Assembly (NCBI RefSeq): GCF_009914755.1 | Contig: NC_060925.1 | DNA from: the human T2T-CHM13v2.0 reference genome, Homo sapiens | Strand: one strand, 5' to 3' | DNA length: 64,000 nt | Part shown: piece by piece, positions 30,865 to 46,500 of the stretch | How positions within the stretch are numbered: position 1 is the stretch's first letter | How the letters are laid out: every line of letters begins with the position of its first letter | The notes under the pieces: model-generated | Told to the model about the DNA's origin: nothing | Databases searched by the model: none | What the model saw: the letters and a program-made list of their open reading frames with translations, nothing else | Made by a program: the position numbers and the translations under genes

Positions 30865-31576
30865 CTTCCTCAACTTTTCGAATTGAGTTCATGTAAAGGA
30901 GGGACAGAGGAACTTTGTTAATTTCATCAGCCCTACGGAGTAATACCACTAGTCACAATTATAAAAAGTGAAAACCCCACTTATTTCCACCTCATGTGGC
31001 AATATTCCAAAGAATCTTGAAATCGCGCTGATCCATTTCAACTTGACCCAATTCTCTATGCATATGATATGACATTCTCCACTTTCATACCCAGAAGTAA
31101 GAGTTTTTCTAGTTTAAAATAATAAAGATAGAGAGATTTACGAATGGTTAGGTTTCTAAGTTCTAGGTAGCAATTTCCTCTTCTAGAAAAATAAGTTCTA
31201 GTGGTATTTACCTGTGTTTCTTAAAGGGTTGTACTTTTTTAAATGGGATTAATATATTAATGGTGTTCATATATAGTACTAATATGAATACATTAGACCT
31301 GTGCTTCTTAGGAATTTCACAGAAATTTCACAATCATTAAGGTCACTTTTCTATTTCTCCCTCTTCATTTTCCTTCATTCTCCATCACCTCTCTTGCCCT
31401 TAAATGACTATAACTTAGAATTGGATTTTTTGAATTAATTTTGCTTCTGTTAAGTAGAATTTCCTGTTCCCTACTTTTAATTTTTAAAGTTAAAGACTAA
31501 ATTAAGTTGCCTTTTGCTTCTTAGGCTTTTTACTGTAACTTCTTTGTTGCTCTTGAACTTCGATAGTTAAAGTGTT

Positions 31577-31610
31577 CAGAAACCAAGCTTTCCCAGAAAC
31601 CAAGCTTTCC
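31577..31610. repeat. 17-bp perfect tandem duplication
   Basis: cagaaaccaagctttcc x2. Confidence 0.9.
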
Positions 31611-32739
31611 CAAGCTCTTCATGCAGCCTCCCTGCCCCCACCCTCTCAGTGTTGTTTTCCCTTTCTCAAGGGGAAGACTGTCCTAGGAGGGGCTGCGGGG
31701 CAGAGACAGACTGCAGGAGGAAGAGGAAAGGGGAGAAGGGATAGCATTCCACTTTGTTTGTATCCACCTCACAACCTGCTGTTGACCTGCCTACATGATT
31801 AGTCTCAGGCTGCAGTTTGGCCCAAGACAATATTTGATAAAGAACCTTCTAAGTAGAGAAGAAAGTACTTGATTTAACTTGGAGGCAAATATTCTATTTA
31901 AGAAAATAGATGGAATTTATATGCACTTAAAAATGCTGTGACATTTTTGGGAATTGCTGGGCTCAAATAGCTTTCTGGAGTTAGGAAACCAAAAAACCTG
32001 CCAGATGACATTTTTGCTCAAGGAAGGGAGGAGGTATAGAAGAGAAGAATTTGGATTCTCAGCTGAATGTCTGGCTTAGCTGTTAAGCCTCTCTGGCTGA
32101 GAATGTGCTTTCTCGCTTCTGTTTTTGGTGTAGTGCCAAGAGAACTATCAGACCACAAATAATCATTGTTAACTTCAGTGGAAACCAGAGCTATTAAGAA
32201 AAATATTAAAAGCCTGTTCCAGGATTATAACATTTTAGAGAGCAAAGAAATAAGATACCTGACTAACCTGTTTTATTGGGTTGTAAATGGAAAATGTCCT
32301 GACCAGCTGGGTTTTAAGCAAGAATGACATTTTTTCCATATGATTTGTCATGGATTTTAAAAAGACAATGTGCTTAGAAAAACAAATTTGCTGTAACTTG
32401 GCTAGTGGGCAAAATAACCGGCAGAAAGCTTGATAACTCAAATTCATGATACAGCAGAAATAATTTTGTTATTTGGCCAGGATGGCCCAGTCCTGATATG
32501 CTTAAGCTTCAGAGAGTTGCCTATGTTGTCTTTGCAGAAAACAATCCACATTTGTGCAGGATGCAAACTGAATTCCTTTGAACTTCACTGTAAAATCCAC
32601 ATTTCTCAAAATGTATTTTAGAAGATTTTGCTAAAAGATTGGCAAAAGCTACAGATACCAAAAAGTTATTTTCATTGGAATTTACAACTAAATATCCTGA
32701 GTAACAGATAAGCATGGGTGAAGGTCTTACTAAGACCAT

Positions 32740-32870
32740 AAATAGGTGAGGTGTTGAATGTTAATTAGCTTGATGTAACCATTTCACAATGTATACATAT
32801 ATTGAAGCATTACATGGTACAACATAAATATATATATAACTTTTATTTGTCAACTCCTTAAATTTTTTTT
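32740..32870 (+). mobile_element. L1MA-type 3' end fragment
   Basis: atgttaattagcttgat..ccatttcacaatgtatacatatat...ttttatttgtcaa. Confidence 0.75.
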
Positions 32871-32966
32871 TAAAGGGGAGATGTATGGAGGGGCTTCCTC
32901 CGACAGTTGGGGAACAACTTCACACATTTTCCTTCTTCCATTTTTGTTTCCCAATTAGAATATTTA

Positions 32967-33127
<161 letters not shown>

Positions 33128-33199
33128 TGTAACCCAATGCAGGCCAAGAAGTGACACTTTGAATTGTAAATTTGGTTGACTATGTTTGGTTGAGTTTGA

Positions 33200-33635
33200 C
33201 TGAGTTTGGTTGACTTCTGTTTGCCACTTCAGCTCCATTTTCCATTCTTTGTTCCACACTTCCACCTGGAGGTTGGTCTGAACACACCACACTGTAGCTT
33301 CCAAGTCCTCTGGCTTCTGGTTGGGGTTGACCAGTGGGGATTTGGGGCACTGGACTGATGAAAGGGAGGAAAATGAGTCAGGAAGAATTTTTACTCCTTG
33401 GCTTCTTCCCTGTGAGTCCCTTGACCAAGGATTACAGCTTCTATCCAGGTGACCTTCTCCATGTGACTACCTCCTTCTGGCGTCTGGTGACTGCTCCCTC
33501 CCCTCGTCACTGGGGCCGAGGGTTATCCTTTGTGGTTCCCCTATACCCTGCCCACGTCTCTATAAGCAACCCTTTGTAAATAAATCCAATTAGAATGATT
33601 CTAAGTTAAGTGTGTCATCTGATTCCTGCTAGTCT
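33200..33635 (+). mobile_element. ERVL LTR (LTR33-like)
   Basis: ggcttctggttggggttgaccagtggg...cctgcccacgtctc..ccctttgtaaataaa..gtgtgtcatctgattcctg. Confidence 0.55.
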
Positions 33636-33949
33636 TATAATTCTGCAAGTCTTATCACCGTCCTCTAAGGATATTCTAAGATACTCTTGGGATAAGAAGC
33701 CAGGGACTGACCACACTCTCAATGGAATCTAATACAATGTCCCAGCCCGTTGCTGAACCCCATCTGCCAGTGCTTATTGTGCAGTGCCCAATCTCAGAGC
33801 CTTGCCCTCACCCCTGCTCCACCAGCCTGCCAATCACCATGTCCCCCACCTCCCTCTATTCCCATTCCCACCTCTGTGACCCAAAGCACCATGGTCTCCC
33901 AATATCTACTTCAGAAGCCTGCCCACTCGCCCTCTGTGCCCCCTCTTAA

Positions 33950-35224
<1,275 letters not shown>

Positions 35225-35633
35225 TAAATTTAAAAAATAAAAATAAAAACAGAAATGGATCATGTCACCTCCTGGCTCAAGACCCTCTGAGAGCTTTCCA
35301 TACACAGAGTAAAACCCCAGCCCTGCGCCCTGGCCTGCTGCACCTGCTGCGCCTGCTGATCTGCTGCTTGACTCCCTCTCAGTCCTCATCCCAGAGTGCT
35401 AGACCTCACACATTCTGGCTTCTTCTGTTCCTCCAACTTCTGCCCCTCACCGTCATACCTACCATCTTCCTCCTATTTCTCTTTTTAAGTTTTGTCTCTG
35501 AAATTTCTAATGTGGTGAATAGTTTATGATGTGCTCATGGATACCATGTGCATTTACTTTTCCAATGCCCTATGTCCTATTCTCTTGTTAACTGCACTCC
35601 CCTTCTTTAGCTGATCCTCTCCTATGCCAATTC

Positions 35634-35915
35634 ATTTTTTTAAAATCGAGGTATAATTTACACATAAAAGCTGTACATAGTTAATATATACACCTTGAAG
35701 AGTCTGAAGATAAGTATACAACTGTTTAAGAGTCACTATAGACAATGCCATAAACATCACCATCACCCCTAAGATTCCTCCTCACTCTCTCTTTTTGCAC
35801 CCTTTGGCTGACACCTCCGCATTTATATTTCCCCTTTACCCAGCTCCTGGGAAGCACCATTCTGCTCTATGCTTCTGTGAGTTTGACTGTTTTGGATTCC
35901 TGACATAAGTGAGTC
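35634..35915 (-). mobile_element. L1MA-type 3' end fragment
   Basis: gaggtataatttacac...caccattctgctctatgcttctgtgagtttgactgttttggattcc. Confidence 0.75.
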
Positions 35916-36915
35916 TCACTCCAATCTTCATACTGCCTCCCACTCCCCCAGTGGGCATGTGACCCAAGCCTGATCAGTCTAGGCTCCCATTCCCCGGTGC
36001 TTTTCTTCTCTTCCATCAGAGAAGACATTGAAACCCTCGTACTTTATTATGCATATTCTTAGAGACTGTCACCCTGAGAGAAAGTAGACAAACCCTTAAA
36101 TTAAGCAATACATAAGTAAGGTGTTCCTAAATGCTTCAAATTAATGTATTTATTCAACATTTATTGAGCACTTTCACGCTACCTACCTATTGTTCTCAGA
36201 ACTGGGGAAGCTTATGGCAATGAACAAAGCAGACAAAAATCCCTACCCTGAACACTTCTACAGCTGTCAATATCAGCCATGTGATTACTAAAATTCTGAG
36301 TGCTGAAAGGGGGTGCAGAGCACTTACTGTATCCATCAAAGACTTTGTGATCAAACAAGTTTTACCACAGATTTTGCAGATTCTGAGACTAATCTACTCA
36401 ACAAAGCATATTAAAAATGCAAGCTATTAATAGAAAGAGACATTAAAATTCTATTTTTTCAAAGAGCTCAATCACTCTGCTGGTTAGAGATAATATGTAA
36501 TCAGTTCTGAATCTAAAATGACTCTGGAAAGTCAAGAGAAGCCACAAGGTCATGCTCACATCTTTCCTCTCCAGAGAGTTTCAGAACATCAGCACTGTAT
36601 TAAAAATAAAATGGTTTAAAAAAAAGGAGAGAGAAATAGAGAGAAATTCTAGAACTAGGAACTGAAAGTGCAAGAATATGAGTTTGGTATTGCAGAGAAA
36701 AAAAGGTTAAGCTTTTCGATCAGTTTAATACAGTAAAAGCCTTCTTAGCAGTGATTTATTTCTATTTTTGTGATTGATTTTATTTTTATATTATTTTATT
36801 TAGTGAGGAATAATTAAGAAAATAAGTAAGCGAATAAAGAAAAAAAATCTGTTATATTCCTACCACTCAAAATTAACTGCTGTTAATATTTTGGCATATT
36901 TGCTTCCAAGTCCTT

Positions 36916-36991
36916 TTTGATGTTCCTACTATTTTTAAAAACATTGCTATTTTTAAAAACATTTGATGTTCCTACTATTTTTAAAAACATT
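36916..36991. repeat. Complex perfect microduplication
   Basis: 30-mer tttgatgttcctactatttttaaaaacatt occurs twice, with a partial copy between. Confidence 0.9.
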
Positions 36992-37107
36992 CTGTCTCAC
37001 TGTCTCTCTCCATCTTTTTGTCTCTGTCTCTGTCTCTCTCTCTCTCTGCCTATGTATGTACATATTTGTGCACACATATACTTCTTTAAAAAATATTGGA
37101 ACATTAA

Positions 37108-37633
<526 letters not shown>

Positions 37634-38049
37634 CCCCAGTGAATTTATTATTTTAAACTCGATAAGTATCATTCTATTCCATTTGCTATATTTTTATATA
37701 CATATGCAAATAAAAGGGATCTTTTGCTACTTGCCTAATGCCAATCTGGGATCACGGTGGGGTGGTTGTAGGATCTGCATGCCCAGATGGACATCTGAAT
37801 TATAGTTTAGGCTAAGCTGAGAGCCTCACCAAAAAGTACATGCATACAACCATTTTTCTGGAAGCAAATTGTTCCTATCCCATAAGATAAAATTAAATGC
37901 ATTATTATGTCACAAAGAGCATCACGATTTCCCAGTATTTTATCCTGAATAAGTATGAAGACCACTGCTCTTCCAGAGGGGTTGAGAAAAATATTAAGTG
38001 AGAAACCCATAGATATTAGGTAATGATCAATGTGTTAAAAATGGAATCA

Positions 38050-38480
<431 letters not shown>

Positions 38481-38773
38481 TCAGGAGAGCAGAGCAAATC
38501 GGTGCAATGTGATCTTTGACATGAAATGCCGCACTAGGGCCCTGTGGTTCACATTACAACCTAATCTCTTGAGGAAGAAATGCTAATGGTCAGGAATTGG
38601 TACATTTCCTTCACCAGCTACCTGAGTAGCAGAAGGCAAGAGGCCTCAGTCAGTATGTGGTTTGTTAGATTATCAGAAGCTATAACCAGAGGTTACTTGG
38701 GGGACTATGCAGGGCTGTTAGGACTTCTGGGTCCCTTAAAAAATTTGCCAGGAGTTTGTTTTTGCTACACTTA

Positions 38774-39078
<305 letters not shown>

Positions 39079-39174
39079 CACCTGTCTCTCAACCATTTGC
39101 CCCTCTGGGCCCCCAGGGCACTCACACTGCCCAAGGTCATGCCAACCCACCCAGGCATTTCTGGTGGACACCTG

Positions 39175-39760
39175 TTGTGTGCCAGCCCAGAACTCCTCCC
39201 TTCTTTGGGTAATGGAACCCCTTTTCTTCTGACTCATGTTCTTCTCCCCATTACAAACATGTGGTTCAAAAGGAGCTGCCACGTTATTACAAATCCTGCC
39301 CTTTGGTCACATTCATGAGTCTTTGGGTGGGAACATGACTAAAACTGGGCCAATCAGAATACTTAGTGCACTGACCACAGAGCCTTCCACAGACTGGTCA
39401 AAGCTAGGTCAAACCATAAGCCAAGTTAAGCAGCACCCATCCCCAGGATTTTTTCACTTGGAGCTTAAGGAAAGAAATTCAGTCTCTGTCTAGGAACAAC
39501 GTTGTGAGCACCGAGGCAGGGGAACTGTTGACAGTCCTGTTCCTTGCTATGAAGGAAGCTGTGCGGAGAGAATGAAGCCTCATGCTGAGAGAAGCTGAGA
39601 GATAAGGAAGAGAGTTAGTGGTATTGGAGCTCCTGCTTCCAGATATCCTGGAATTCCAACTATATCCCCTCTGCAATTATGAAAGGCTGCCAAAAAACTT
39701 CCCCCTTTGCCTAATCTAATTGTGCTCAATTTCTTTCATGATAATACGAATCCTAATATA
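39175..39760 (+). mobile_element. Old MLT1 (MLT1J/K-like) LTR
   Basis: acatgactaaaactgggccaatcagaat...gagagaatgaagcc...aaacttcccc...tcctaatata. Confidence 0.6.
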
Positions 39761-40144
39761 AATGTCTTTCTCCACATTGCCCTAAGTTCTAAAATTGCCC
39801 TCCCGCTCCCCTGCTTCCTAAATAAAATTCTTCCTCAAGTTCATAGGCCAAAGTAATCTGATTGGCTACTTGAAACAATTCACCCTGAGGTATGGACAAT
39901 TCAGAAGCTTCCTTGTGTTGTTAATAGGGTAGACTACACACCGGTGGGGGCAGGGGTATATGGGAAACCTCTGTAATGTCTAAATTTTGCTGTGAATTTA
40001 AAACTGCTGCTTAAAAAAATCTTAAAATCTTCCCTGGAGCCTTGGCCTTAAGATTGAACCACTTTATGACCAAGCAATTCTACTTCTGGGTATATAACCA
40101 AGAGAATTGAAAAAGCGTATATCCACACCAAAATTTGTACATAA

Positions 40145-41529
40145 GTGCTCGCTTTAGCAGCACATATACTATGAGGTTGGTGCAAAAGTAATTGCGGCTT
40201 CAGACCATGCATGTTAAATCATTATAACTCAGCTCAAACACATCTTTATTCATCAAAATAAGAACCATTACAATCAACATATTTTTGTCAACGAGAAATA
40301 TGTTTGTTTATTCCTGTAGCATAAAAATCCGTGCTTCAGGATTCGACGAACTCTTGGAAAGCATTTTCTGCATCCTGCTGATTGTGGAAGCATTTTCCCT
40401 GAAAAAAGTTGTTGAGATGCTTGAAGAAGTGGCAGTCAGTTGGCAAGATATCAGGTGAATATGACAGGTGAGGCAAAATTTCGTAGCTCAATTTGTTCAA
40501 CTTTTGAAGCATTGGTTGTATGCCGTGAAGTCGCACGAAGTGAGGTTGTCATGGAAGAGTTGGGCCCTTTCTGTTGACCAATGCCAGCTGCAGGTGTTGC
40601 AGTTTTTGGTGCATCTCATCGATTTGCTGAGCATACTTCTCAGATGTAACAGTTTCCTCTGGATTCAGAAAGCTGTAGCGGATCAGACCAGCCGCAGACC
40701 GCAAACAGTGACCATGACCTTTTTCTAGTGCAAGTTTGGCTTTGGGAAGTGCTTTGGAGCTTCTTCTTGGTCCAGCCAATGAGCTGGTCATTGCTGCTTG
40801 TCGTATACAATCATTTCACGTCATAATCCGATCTAGAAATGATTCGTTGTTGTTGCGTAGAATAAGAGAAGAGGACATTTTAAAAGAATGATTTTTTTGA
40901 TTTTCGCTCAGCTCATGAGACACCCACTTATGGAGCTTTTTCAGCTTTCCAATTTGCTTCAAATGCTGAACGACCATAGAATGGTTGACGTCGGGTTCTT
41001 TGTCAACTTCTCATGTAGTAGGATCAGCTTCGATGATTGCTCTCAATTGGTCGTCGTCAACTTCCGATGGCCGGCCACTACGCTTCTCATCTTCAAGGCT
41101 CTCGTCTCCTTTGCAAAACTTCTTGAGCCACCACTGCACTGTACGTTCGTTCATTAGCAGTTCCTGGGCCAAACGCGTTGTTGATGTTGCAAGTTGTCTC
41201 CCCTGCTTTACGACCCATTTTGAACTCGAATAAGAAAATTGCGCGAATTTGCTTTTTGTCTAACGTCACTTCTATAGTCTAAAATAAATATAAAATAAAC
41301 AGCAATAAGTCATTAGCAAAAGATAAAAGTGAGAAATGTGCATTAAAATGATGTACAACATAACCACACTTATTTAAGAAAGTATTCCAATATCAAACAG
41401 CAAATTTCAACAATGCAAAAACCGCAATTACATTTGCACCAACCTAATAACACTGGAACAATACAGAGAAGATTAGCATGGACCCTGCACAAGAATGACA
41501 TGCATATTCAGAAAGCATTTCATATTTTT
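40145..41529 (+). pseudogene. U6 snRNA retropseudogene split by Hsmar1 (5' part 40145-40171; 3' part 41450-41529)
   Basis: gtgctcgctttagcagcacatatacta | acactggaacaatacagagaagattagcatgg...catattttt reconstitutes U6. Confidence 0.93.
40172..41447 (-). mobile_element. Hsmar1 mariner DNA transposon, full length (1276 bp), inactivated transposase
   Basis: Both ITRs (tgaggttggtgcaaaagtaattgcgg / ccgcaattacatttgcaccaacctaa); TA duplication at 40170-71 and 41448-49; transposase about 41275-40246 with ATG>ATA and frameshifts; peptides SAAGLIRYSFLNPEETVTSEKYAQQIDEMH and YSPDILPTDCHFFKHL. Confidence 0.97.
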
Positions 41530-41550
41530 CCATTGAAACTTCTTTCACCT

Positions 41551-41832
41551 CGGCTGGACGTGGTGGTTCACGCCTGTAATCTCAGCACTTTGGGAGGCCG
41601 AGGCGGGCGGATCACGAGGTCAGGAGATCGAGACCATCCTGGCTAACACGGTGAAACCCCGTCTCTACTAAAAATACAAAAAAAAACTTAGCGGGGCATG
41701 GTGGCGGGTGCCTGTAGTCCCAGCTACAGGCTGAGGCAGGAGAATAGCGTGAAACCAGGAGGCGCAGCTTGCAGTGAGCCGCGATCGCGTCACCGCACTC
41801 CAGGCTGGGCGACAGAGTGAGACTCCGTCTCA

Positions 41833-41864
<32 letters not shown>

Positions 41865-41865
41865 A
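41551..41865 (+). mobile_element. AluY-like, CpG-rich
   Basis: gagatcgagaccatcctggctaacacgg; TSD aaactt[c/a]tttcacctc. Confidence 0.95.
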
Positions 41866-42162
41866 CTTATTTCACCTCAAAAAGAGCTAAACACAAATGA
41901 TTATAGCAGCATTGTTCATAATAGCCAAAAAGTGGAAACAACCCAAATGTCCGTCAACAGATGAATGCATTTAAAAATATGGTTACTTATACAATATAAT
42001 CTTATTCAGCCATAAAAAGGAGTAAAGTATTGATACATGCTACAGCACAGAAGAACCTTGTAAACATCATGCTTATTGAAAGAAGCCAGTCACAGAAGAC
42101 CATGCTGTGTATGGTTACATTTAGATGAAATGTTCAGAATAGGCAAATCCATAAAGACCTAA

Positions 42163-42505
<343 letters not shown>

Positions 42506-43035
42506 GGTTACAGAATTTCTTTTGGGGGTAATAGTGTTCTAGAATTAGATGGTAATGGCTGAACAACCTTGTGAATATATTTAAAAACCACTGAACCTTA
42601 CATTTTTAAATGGTGAATTTTGTAAACCGTATGTAAATTTTTTAAAAAAGCAAAAAAGATCGAACGATTTGTTGACTCTCTTGGTAGGATGAAAGGGGGA
42701 GATATTTTTGAGCGGAGTAGCTCCCATTGCTCCTTCTCTGCTCAGTGCTCATGCCCTTCAGCAAAGCAGAACAAGAGAAGCAGGATTTGGACAAGGGCCC
42801 TGACACTTGCATCAGACCGAGAGGCTTCCAAGCACTTACTATCAAGAGCTAGAATGAAATAGGCCCCATCTTTTTCAATGACAGGCAAAAGGTTAATGGG
42901 TATGTTTTTCTCAGTGTTAAGATTTTCACCCATAGTATATCTTAAAATGTTGGTGCTACTTCTACTTGTCTGTTGGGGAGTATTAATGCAATGCTTACCA
43001 CACCCAGAGAGAAATGAGTCTCGAGAGAGCACTAG

Positions 43036-43362
<327 letters not shown>

Positions 43363-45170
43363 AAGCAAACCCCAGTTTTAAGGTTACAGGCAGAGCTTCC
43401 ATTAGACAAATTTAGGAGGCAGGTGACATTTGTCTTCAGAGACTTCCATCTTCCCTTGTAGGGGGTGCTCAGTGCTCTCTTACACACTCATCATCATCCT
43501 GGGGATCTGAGATCCTGTCCATTGGTGACTCATCCTTGAACTTGGTTTATTGTAACTATTTTAAAACGTTAGTCTATAGAAAATATTCACATGAGTACAC
43601 AAAGACACATGTATAAGGATGTTCATGGTATCATTTTAATTACAGTTTCCAATCAGAAACAACCTAGATAATTGCTAATAGGAGAAATATTGTTCTTCTG
43701 GTCAACAAACCAAACTTCTCATGGAGGATTTGTATTACAGAGCATGCTCAGAGAGAAGCCCCCTCCTAAATTAACTGATGCGTGTGGGTGGGGGTTGGGA
43801 TTTGGTAGTAGTGGGGAACCCCATATGGAGGCTGATGAAATACAAGCTGGTTTGCTACTCTGATATTTTGCTTATTTTTTCCTTCGCCTGGAGTACGCTC
43901 CCCTTCTACCTGCTCCCATTCCAAAATCTGACATTAGCACAACTTTCAACCTTATGTTGCTCAAATGCCACTCTTGATATACTTTTCTCTTCCCCATTCA
44001 GCTAAGGGCTTGGTGTCATTCATTTTTGAATCTCTGTCATTTAGCAGACTTCCTGGCATATAGCAGAAGTGCAAGAAATATTTTTTAAACAAAATAATGA
44101 ACAACTGAACCTACCTCTTCTAACCATATTAAGTATTTCATTCTCTGTGAACCCACAACACTTTATTTATGTCTCTCTTTTGGCATTATGACTTTCTACC
44201 TTGTATTGTGATTTCTTTGTGTAAATCTTTGCCTCTCTACTGGAATGAAAGCCTTTTGTGGGCAGAAACCACATAAAACCAAGCATAGTGTTTTGTGTAT
44301 AATAAGTATGCAATTAACTAACTTAATTCAGTTTGGCAAAAAAAACTTTTTTGAAAAGAAATTTATAAGGATCTCATAAATATGAGAAGTAAATGTATGT
44401 ATGCTAATACAGATGCAGGAATATAAAAAGTACTTTATTTCCATAATGCTGTCATCCTCGAGCCACCAGGGATATTCTGAGGTTTAAGCTTACTGATTTA
44501 TGCACATAGGGCCTAGCAGCCTCAGCAGCTCAATCAACTTGCTCTTCTTCTCTCTTTCCCTCAGGACTCCCCTCCAGCTAATGATAATTTTGTCTTTCAC
44601 ACTGTAAGGAAAACTGGTGCCTGGAAAAGTCAGAGGGTTCCAACGGCAAGTCAGCTGCAGAATCAAGAATAGATCTGCCCTCTCAGCCTCTCTGGCATGG
44701 ACCTTCTCTGACACAAACCCTGGCTTTGGGAATGTGGAGACTGATGATTCCCACATTTAGGACTCACATCAAAAGAGAAGCTGCTTGTCAGTTCTACTCC
44801 CTTCCCCACATTTGGTATGCAAAGGAGCTTCTCTGAGACCTTAGGACCCCAATGTATACCTGTTTTATATTTCAGACTCTTCTTAATGGTTTGTGAGCAT
44901 GTCACAGTCTCTGTTAGTCTGGGATAGGGCATAATTATCTTTGTATTGTGGGAAGAACTCTGTGCTATAAGCTACTTAATATTCAGAGAGCAATTTGCAG
45001 GTACTCAGTTTAGTCACAAAGTCTGCTTAATGACGCTGAAGATGAAAGTCTGGATTGTCTATTTCCAAGCTGTTATCCAGGCTGGCTAAATGACCCATCT
45101 TCCCTCTGGCCTGAACTCCAAGAGTAGCTGGAGTTTGGGGCCTGAAGTGAACACCTATAATCAGCTAGAC

Positions 45171-45391
45171 CAGGGTTTCTTTTCCTGAACACTATCGACA
45201 TTTTAGACCAGATAATTCTTTGCTTTGGGGGCTGTCCTGGGCATGGTAAAATTTTTAGCAGCATCTCTGGCCTCTATACACTAGAGGCCCATAGCACCAC
45301 TCCTCCCCAACCAGTTGTGACAACCAAAAATGTCTCCAGATATTGCCAGTGTCCCCTGAAGAGTAAAATCGACCCCAGCTGAGAGCTGCTG
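45171..45391. mobile_element. MER20 (hAT-Charlie)
   Basis: cactatcgacattttagaccagataattcttt...ttagcagcatctctggcctcta...gttgtgacaaccaaaaatgtctccaga. Confidence 0.9.
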
Positions 45392-45749
45392 ACTGTGGAC
45401 TTTGAGCTACTTGCCTGCTATCCTCCAGACTAGAGACTGATGTTTCCCAATTTCTCTTGCCTCCAGATTCCCCAGACTGAGTGGTGTCTTCTTTCTTTGA
45501 GCCTTAGCTTTGACTGTTTCTTCCTTTTTTGCCTGATAGTCGGTGGTCTCCTGGTTGCTTGAGTCACTTGGTCTCATTTCCCTCTGGCCTTGGATGACCT
45601 CACTGCTGTCCTGTTTCAACTCATAAACTTCTGGACTAACAAAAATAATGTACTTCCTGAAAGCCCAAATTTGCAACATTTATTCAATAAACATTTATTA
45701 CTATATATTTTGCTCTAGTGACATGCTAGGATATGCTTGAGACTGTGGG

Positions 45750-46500
<751 letters not shown>

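Noticed and set aside
40246-41275. Mariner transposase peptides read as a SETMAR exon or an active transposase
   Set aside because: The start codon is mutated, there are frameshifts and stops, both ITRs and the TA TSD are present, and there are no SET exons. This is a dead Hsmar1 copy.
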